A DNA stretch of 39,763 nucleotides from a virus (Duplodnaviria > Caudoviricetes), in the IMG/VR virus record IMGVR_UViG_3300044452_000332, positions 1-39,763 of that record. One strand, written 5' to 3'. The notes below the pieces were generated by a model that worked only from the letters and a program-made list of their open reading frames with translations, had not been told where the DNA came from and did not search any database. The translations under genes were made by a program, and so were the position numbers. Each line of letters starts with the position of its first letter. The stretch's first letter is position 1. Of the stretch, positions 34,672 to 39,763 are shown in pieces.

Positions 34672-34964
34672 ACGCCGAGCGCAAGCCAAGCCATCGTCCG
34701 CCTGAATCAACCGATGTGATCGAGGTAGCCGACTACGTCCTTCATCTGCCAAGCGGGGAGGAATGGATGGTCGCCAGGGTCGATGAGCGAGACCTGATTC
34801 CTTGCGGATGGCCGCTCAGCTTTGCGCGTCCAACGGACTGCCGCCTGATCGAGAAGGCAATGCCCGAAACCCGCCTCAACCTGCTGCGCGAATTGGCCAC
34901 GATGCAGGACGGAAGCGATCCCCGCTGCAGCGGCGCACGCGCCGCGCTGGAGGCCACTCCGTGA
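34668..34964 (+). CDS. Hypothetical protein
   Basis: 98 aa, ATGA overlap. Confidence 0.65.
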   Translation: MNAERKPSHRPPESTDVIEVADYVLHLPSGEEWMVARVDERDLIPCGWPLSFARPTDCRLIEKAMPETRLNLLRELATMQDGSDPRCSGARAALEATP

Positions 34965-35701
34965 AAGCCAACGCCAACAGCCTCGCCGAGCGCATCGTCA
35001 CCCTCATCCGTGACGCTGGCGCCGCCGTCACCCTCACGCGCATCCGCGAATACTGCAGCGACGCCACCCAGGCCGAGGTACTGCAGGCGCTCGACCAGCT
35101 CGTCCACGTCGGCCGGCTCAGCGTGGAGACCCTCCCCGGCCAGCGGCGCACCTACACCGCCACCGACACCGCGCGCGAGATCCCCGCCGCGGTCGAGCGC
35201 GTCAGCCCCGTCAAGACGGCCATCGAGCAGCGGGCAATACCATCGCGCACCAAGCGCAAAAAACCGGAGCCCGAAGCGAGCAAGACCATCCGCTCGGTGC
35301 AGATCCTGCGCCACCTGGTGAGCAACGGCGAGCAACCCATCGCCGCCATCGCCGTGGCCCTGGGCTTACACCGGCAGCGCCTCAGCGTCGCCCTCACCAA
35401 CCTCCAAAACCACGGCCGCATCTACCGCAAACCGCCACCCAACGGCGGCAACGCCGGCGTGTACGGCATCACCGAGATCGGCCGCCAGATTGCAGAAGCC
35501 GGCACCCACCGCATCCGCACCGCCCTCTTCGTCAAGCCGCAGCCCGAAAGCGCCCGAGGCCGCAGCCAGATCCAGATCGCCCGGCCCGAGATCAAGATCG
35601 CCGCCCTCCGCAAGCTCAGCGTGCTGGTCGCCAAGGACATCGGCGACGTGCTCAACGACGTCGCCAGCGACCTCGAACGCATCACCGAGCCCGCCGCATG
35701 A
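34961..35701 (+). CDS. Double winged-helix DNA-binding protein
   Basis: GTG 34961; two wHTH-like segments (QALDQLVHVGRL..; QILRHL..IAVALGL..LTNLQNHGRI..YGITEIG). Confidence 0.65.
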   Translation: MKANANSLAERIVTLIRDAGAAVTLTRIREYCSDATQAEVLQALDQLVHVGRLSVETLPGQRRTYTATDTAREIPAAVERVSPVKTAIEQRAIPSRTKRKKPEPEASKTIRSVQILRHLVSNGEQPIAAIAVALGLHRQRLSVALTNLQNHGRIYRKPPPNGGNAGVYGITEIGRQIAEAGTHRIRTALFVKPQPESARGRSQIQIARPEIKIAALRKLSVLVAKDIGDVLNDVASDLERITEPAA

Positions 35702-35952
35702 AGCGCTCAACCGAATGCGGCCCGCAGCTCCCCATGCCGCCCAGCGTCAACCGCAGCGCAGACATGACCTACGCCCGCAGCCTGCGCGTGTACCGCGTCC
35801 CCGAGCACGCCCTGCAGCGCGCCGCCGAAGAGTGCCGCCTCACCCACATCGAGCCCGAGCGCCTCTACGCCTACGCCCACCGCGTGCTGCTCCTGGGCGA
35901 CGTGTACGAAGCCCCCGAGGCCGCAGCACGAGCGAGGAGTAGAGCCGCGTGA
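35698..35952 (+). CDS. Hypothetical protein
   Basis: 84 aa, overlaps at both ends. Confidence 0.55.
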   Translation: MKRSTECGPQLPMPPSVNRSADMTYARSLRVYRVPEHALQRAAEECRLTHIEPERLYAYAHRVLLLGDVYEAPEAAARARSRAA

Positions 35953-36668
35953 AAGCCAGGAAGCGGAATGTCCGTCGCGCCTGGCAAGACTGGGAGCTGG
36001 AAGCGCTGCGCCGCCTCTACCCCGACCACCCCGCCGCTCAGCTTGCCCGCGCCCTCAAACGAAGTGAGCGCGGCATCTACGCGCAAGCCAACCTTATGGG
36101 CCTCAAAAAGAGCGCAGCGTTTTACGAGAGCGATCGCAGCGGGCGCATCCAACGCGGCAAGCAGGACCCGCGCTTGCAGGCCACCCAGTTTCAGCCAGGC
36201 CTTACGCCTTGGAACAAAGGTCATAAAGGGTGGAAGGCAGGCGGGCGCAGCGCCGAGACGCGATTCAAGCCAGGGCGCCCACCCTGGGAGGCGAGCAACT
36301 ACAAACCCATCGGCAGCCTCCGCATGAGCAAGGACGGCTATCTGGAACGCAAGGTCACTGACGACCCATCCCTCTATCCCGTCCGCCGCTGGGTGGCTGT
36401 CCATCGCCTGGTCTGGCAGGCCGCGCACGGCGAGATTCCCGCCGGGCATGCCGTCGTCTTCCGCCGCGGCCAGCACACCACCATCGAGGGCGAGGTCACC
36501 GCTGATCGGCTAGAGCTCGTCACCCGAGCCGAACTGATGCGCCGCAACAGCCTGCACACCAACTACCCGCGCGAGATCTGCCAGCTCATCCAGCTGCGCG
36601 GCGCCCTCAACCGTCAGATCAACAACCAGAGCAAGCAGCGTGAAGAACAAGATCACCGACCTGCGTAA
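35949..36668 (+). CDS. HNH-family endonuclease with N-terminal Myb-like HTH
   Basis: WQDWELEALRRLYP..; FQPGLTPWNKG; VHRLVWQAAHGEIPAGHAVVF..LELVTRAELMRRN. Confidence 0.8.
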   Translation: MKARKRNVRRAWQDWELEALRRLYPDHPAAQLARALKRSERGIYAQANLMGLKKSAAFYESDRSGRIQRGKQDPRLQATQFQPGLTPWNKGHKGWKAGGRSAETRFKPGRPPWEASNYKPIGSLRMSKDGYLERKVTDDPSLYPVRRWVAVHRLVWQAAHGEIPAGHAVVFRRGQHTTIEGEVTADRLELVTRAELMRRNSLHTNYPREICQLIQLRGALNRQINNQSKQREEQDHRPA

Positions 36669-36888
36669 TCACCTTTTTGCCACCCTCGAAGCGCTGCAGG
36701 ACGAAGAAAAGCCCATGGACATCGACCGCGCCCGCGCCATCAGCGACGTGGCCAAGGTCGTCATCGACAGCGCCCGCGTCGAGGTCGACTTCGTCAAAGC
36801 CACTGGCGCCATCACCGGCACCGACTTCTTCCCCGACGGCGAGATGACTGCCCTGCCGCAGCGCAAGCCCGAAGCCATCCGGAACTGA
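36640..36888 (+). CDS. Conserved-type phage protein adjacent to HNH
   Basis: MKNKITDLRNHLFATLEAL..IDRARAISDVAKVVIDSARVE. Confidence 0.8.
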   Translation: MKNKITDLRNHLFATLEALQDEEKPMDIDRARAISDVAKVVIDSARVEVDFVKATGAITGTDFFPDGEMTALPQRKPEAIRN

Positions 36889-36891
36889 GCG

Positions 36892-37053
36892 ATGAAGAAC
36901 AGCAAGCGCCCCTCCAGCCGCGACATACGCCGCCAGCGTCGGGACAAGCAGCTGCGGCAGCGGATGTTCGCCCAGCCCTTGCCAGGGCCGGGGGATTGCG
37001 TCGCGCCGGAGATTCGCGAGATGGCGCGGCATGATCGGAATGGGAGCCGATGA
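36892..37053 (+). CDS. Small basic hypothetical protein (53 aa, not in ORF track)
   Basis: MKNSKRPSSRDIRRQ...; ATGA overlap with 37050. Confidence 0.5.
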   Translation: MKNSKRPSSRDIRRQRRDKQLRQRMFAQPLPGPGDCVAPEIREMARHDRNGSR

Positions 37054-37247
37054 ACCCCTGGTTTCTCTGGTGCTTCCTCGCCGCCCTGTTCGGCCTCGCC
37101 GTAGGCGTGTCCATCGGCATCCGCCAACGCCGCGCCCGCGACGCCGTATCCCTGCGCAACTGCTGGATCGAGATCGAGCGCCGCGGTGGCATCAGCCCGC
37201 TGGACGATTTGCAGACACGCAACCGATTTGAGGAGCAGTGCGGATGA
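37050..37247 (+). CDS. Small membrane protein
   Basis: N-terminal TM helix; ends RNRFEEQCG. Confidence 0.6.
   Translation: MNPWFLWCFLAALFGLAVGVSIGIRQRRARDAVSLRNCWIEIERRGGISPLDDLQTRNRFEEQCG
37218..37247 (+). repeat. Gene-junction repeat copy 1
   Basis: CGCAACCGATTTGAGGAGCAGTGCGGATGA; 29/30 identical to 37621-37650. Confidence 0.9.
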
Positions 37248-37504
37248 CGAAAAAGGAAGAAGGGCGCCCAGTGCCACCGCCTCACAGGTCCGGCGGCGGG
37301 ATCAGGCCAGCGATGAGTCCCTCATCTCTCGCGCTCCCGATGCTCATGGCGGCAATCGTCGGGAGCATCGCAACGCCTGCGGCTCAGCGTCGTCCGAGCA
37401 GTCGCCGCAAAGTTGAAAAGCAGACCGCCGAGCAGCGTCAGTATTGGCTGGATCGCGCCGAGGAAAAGCGCGCGCGCCGGGCCGCGAAACGGAGAAAGTC
37501 ATGA
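37244..37504 (+). CDS. Basic hypothetical protein
   Basis: ATG 37244 inside repeat with GAGGAG RBS. Confidence 0.6.
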   Translation: MTKKEEGRPVPPPHRSGGGIRPAMSPSSLALPMLMAAIVGSIATPAAQRRPSSRRKVEKQTAEQRQYWLDRAEEKRARRAAKRRKS

Positions 37505-37650
37505 CTTTCGAAGAATGGCAGAAGGCTCACTACATCAAGTGCGGATTTATCAGCAGCACGACCGAGCTTCGTATGGCGTGGGATGCGGCGCAGGCAGCGC
37601 TGCGGGCCGAGCTTGAGGCGCGCAACCAATTTGAGGAGCAGTGCGGATGA
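37501..37650 (+). CDS. Small hypothetical protein
   Basis: MTFEEWQK..AWDAAQAA..RNQFEEQCG. Confidence 0.65.
   Translation: MTFEEWQKAHYIKCGFISSTTELRMAWDAAQAALRAELEARNQFEEQCG
37621..37650 (+). repeat. Gene-junction repeat copy 2
   Basis: CGCAACCAATTTGAGGAGCAGTGCGGATGA. Confidence 0.9.
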
Positions 37651-38033
37651 ACGATGACCCTGTTGTGGGGCACAAGTCGTTCCGAGACGGTCCGACTGAA
37701 TTCCGGCATGAGCCACTACGCGCCAGCGAAGCCGAGCGAATGCTCATCGAGCTGGAAGCAGACGAAGAGCGCCGCGCCGCCGCGATGCCTGACGAGCAGT
37801 CGGCCATCCGAGCGATGTTCGAGGCGTATCAGCGACTGAAAGAGCTGGGCTGGAACGACGCGATCTACTGCCCGAAGGACGGCAGCGAATTCGACGTTAT
37901 TGAAGCGGACAGCACCGAGATTCACCGAGCCCACTACAGCGGCGAGTGGCCCAACGGCGATTGGTGGATCGTGGATGGCGGCGACATGTACCCGTCACGT
38001 CCTGTTCTCTACCGCAAGGAGCAACGCGGATGA
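37647..38033 (+). CDS. Hypothetical phage protein
   Basis: ATG 37647; AYQRLKELGWNDAIYCPKDGS. Confidence 0.75.
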   Translation: MNDDPVVGHKSFRDGPTEFRHEPLRASEAERMLIELEADEERRAAAMPDEQSAIRAMFEAYQRLKELGWNDAIYCPKDGSEFDVIEADSTEIHRAHYSGEWPNGDWWIVDGGDMYPSRPVLYRKEQRG

Positions 38034-38296
38034 CAAAAAGACAGCTACACGTGAGGCTCTGGCACTCGCCGTACAACGGCGGATGGATCCGGTTCGATGG
38101 CTCGCAGTGGCGTCGATTCCGCTGTGGCTGGGGTGCGGGACGGCATGACTGGAAGGGTGGCCCTGACCCAGTGCTGTGGTGGTGCCTTTTCGGCTTCTGC
38201 GGCTACATCCTGATCCAGTCGTGGCCTTGGCAGAAGGACCCAGGCAAGCGCCTCAAAGAGCGCCTTGCTGCCATGCCTCAGGAGCGAGGACAGTGA
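38030..38296 (+). CDS. Trp-rich hypothetical protein
   Basis: ATG 38030 after AAGGAG, ATGA overlap. Confidence 0.55.
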   Translation: MTKRQLHVRLWHSPYNGGWIRFDGSQWRRFRCGWGAGRHDWKGGPDPVLWWCLFGFCGYILIQSWPWQKDPGKRLKERLAAMPQERGQ

Positions 38297-38505
38297 AGGC
38301 AGAAAGTCGCTGCCCTCACGAGCGCATCGAACGCTGCCCGCTATACGTCGCAGCTCACGATGCACGCTTGGCCGGCTTCGGGTGCATCGCTTACAGCGAT
38401 CAGATGACATGCCGGGTCGACGCTGGCCGCTGGACGTATTCCGCGGCACTGGCCCGCGCGACCCGAAAAGCCCTCGCGATCGCCAGGAAGCGCCTGCTGG
38501 ACTGA
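38293..38505 (+). CDS. Cys-containing hypothetical protein
   Basis: GTGA overlap; CPHERIERCPLYVAAH. Confidence 0.55.
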   Translation: MKAESRCPHERIERCPLYVAAHDARLAGFGCIAYSDQMTCRVDAGRWTYSAALARATRKALAIARKRLLD

Positions 38506-38508
38506 GCC

Positions 38509-38754
38509 ATGAGCACCCTCGTCACCGAGCCCGAACTCCTCGCCAGCACCGGCTACAGCCAGCGCGGGCGCCTGGAGACGTGGCTCCGCGCCCAAGGCAT
38601 CCGCTACTGGCGCGGGCGGGACGGGCAGATTCTCACGACCACCGGCTTGATGGAGGCCGCAGCGCTCGGGCAGCATGCAGGCCGCACTCCCGCCACGCTG
38701 GCGCCCTCGCCCATCACGTTCGCCCCACATGCCCAGGCCAAGAAAAGCGCGTAA
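38509..38754 (+). CDS. DUF4224-like protein, putative excisionase
   Basis: ELLASTGY..ETWLRAQGIRYWRGRDG; overlaps integrase start. Confidence 0.75.
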   Translation: MSTLVTEPELLASTGYSQRGRLETWLRAQGIRYWRGRDGQILTTTGLMEAAALGQHAGRTPATLAPSPITFAPHAQAKKSA

Positions 38755-39763
38755 TAGCGGCCTCCCGCCGCACGTCTACTGCGCGAAGGGCCGCTATTTT
38801 TTGCGCCTGCCGGGCGGCACCGAAGTCCGCCTGGCGCCGGCAAGCGCCAGCAAGCGGGAGGTCTGGGAGGCCTATCTGCAGGTCCCCGCGCAGCCCTCCG
38901 CCGCCACCGCAGCACTCACCGTAGCCACGCTCTGCGAGCAGTACCAGCGCAGCCCCTCGCACGCCAAGCTGGCCGTCCAGACGCAGCGGGACATCGCCCG
39001 CGCGCTGCGCACAGTCTGCGACCGGCCGACCGGCGACGGCCGCAGCTTCGGCGAGCAGCTGGCCGAGCACGTCACGCGCGGCGTGATCCGCCTCTATCTC
39101 GACAGCCGCGGCGTGGAGAGCGTCACGCGCGCCAATCGCGAGATCGCTTACCTGAGCAGCGCCTACAGCTGGGCAGCCGAGCGCGACCTGGTCGCCGACA
39201 ACCCCTGCCGCGGCGTGCGCCGGCTGCAGGAGCAGAGCCGGACGCGGTACGTCACCGACGCGGAATACGCCGCTGCCTACCGCCTCGCCGGCGAGCGCGG
39301 CCGCAGCGACATGCAGGCCATGATGGAGCTCGCCTACCTCTGCCGCCTGCGCGAGAACGAAATCCTCCGGATGCTCGACAGCCCCGCGTATATCAGCCCC
39401 ACCCAGGGCGTGCTCGCCAAGCGCGGCAAGGGCAGCAAAACGCAGTGGATCGAGTGGAGCCCGAGGCTGGAAGCCGCCATAGATCTCGCCCGCGCCGCAG
39501 TGCGGAAGCGCCCCACGCCGATGCTGATCGTCAGCGCCACTCGCGGCACGCCCGTCACGGTCAGCGGCTTCCGCAGCGCCTGGCAGCAGCTACGCCAAGC
39601 GGCCGCGCAGATGGGGGCCCCCATCGACTGGACGTTCCACGATTTGAAAGCGAAGGGGGTCAGCGATTTCGACGGCGACCGCCACCAGGCCAGCGGCCAC
39701 AAGACGGTGCGGATGACTGCCGTCTACGACCGCCGAATCCACAGCGTCAAGCCCACCGTTTGA
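38729..39763 (+). CDS. int: Tyrosine integrase
   Basis: ATG 38729 (MPRPRK..LPPHVY); ELAYLCRLRENE, KGSK, FHDLKAK, SGHK, VYDR. Confidence 0.93.
   Translation: MPRPRKARNSGLPPHVYCAKGRYFLRLPGGTEVRLAPASASKREVWEAYLQVPAQPSAATAALTVATLCEQYQRSPSHAKLAVQTQRDIARALRTVCDRPTGDGRSFGEQLAEHVTRGVIRLYLDSRGVESVTRANREIAYLSSAYSWAAERDLVADNPCRGVRRLQEQSRTRYVTDAEYAAAYRLAGERGRSDMQAMMELAYLCRLRENEILRMLDSPAYISPTQGVLAKRGKGSKTQWIEWSPRLEAAIDLARAAVRKRPTPMLIVSATRGTPVTVSGFRSAWQQLRQAAAQMGAPIDWTFHDLKAKGVSDFDGDRHQASGHKTVRMTAVYDRRIHSVKPTV

Larger units (their letters stand above)
1..39763. mobile_element. Temperate prophage (lambda-like head/packaging, non-contractile tail), near complete
   Basis: Integrase, cI/cro switch, primase-helicase, terminase, portal, capsid, tail and lysis genes in coherent operons; no host housekeeping genes; att sites not visible. 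Confidence 0.97.

Noticed and set aside
35949-36668. HNH as terminase cofactor
   Set aside because: It lies in the early operon, belongs to a different HNH type, and GpA-type terminases do not need one
37218-37650. CRISPR mini-array
   Set aside because: Only two 30-bp copies 403 bp apart, both coding and containing RBS/start; no cas genes
1-39763. attL/attR, tRNA genes, IS elements, recognisable defence systems
   Set aside because: None seen; the window is cut at gene boundaries

Overview
The window is an almost complete, high-GC temperate siphovirus-like prophage, probably proteobacterial. It starts on an ATG and ends on the integrase stop, so the att sites are probably outside it. Left to right: a + strand accessory block (1-2308); then on the - strand a baseplate-type tail tip, tape measure, tail tube, head-tail genes, a ClpP-major capsid fusion, lambda-family portal, gpW, a lysis cassette, a Mor-family activator, TerL/DUF4031/TerS, a c4-antisense-controlled DUF3077 + Bro-N operon, an iteron-like origin, a Toprim-SF3 primase-helicase, a lambda-like cos site, TraR, a CII-like gene and three Cro-like domains; then on the + strand a non-cleavable CI-like repressor and an early operon (ParB, HNH, small genes, DUF4224, tyrosine integrase). 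The best candidate for an undescribed system is the Bro-N 'antirepressor'. Its C-terminal 136 aa are a clear paralog of the phage's own primase-helicase C-terminal (putative origin-binding) domain, it sits beside the putative origin, and it is gated by a c4-type antisense RNA. Other notable features are two 26-bp repeats that look like Mor-dependent leaderless late promoters and bracket the lysis cassette, a cos displaced about 4.4 kb from terS, triple Cro domains, and repeated gene-junction sequences. All calls are by-eye motif recognition; no searches were run.
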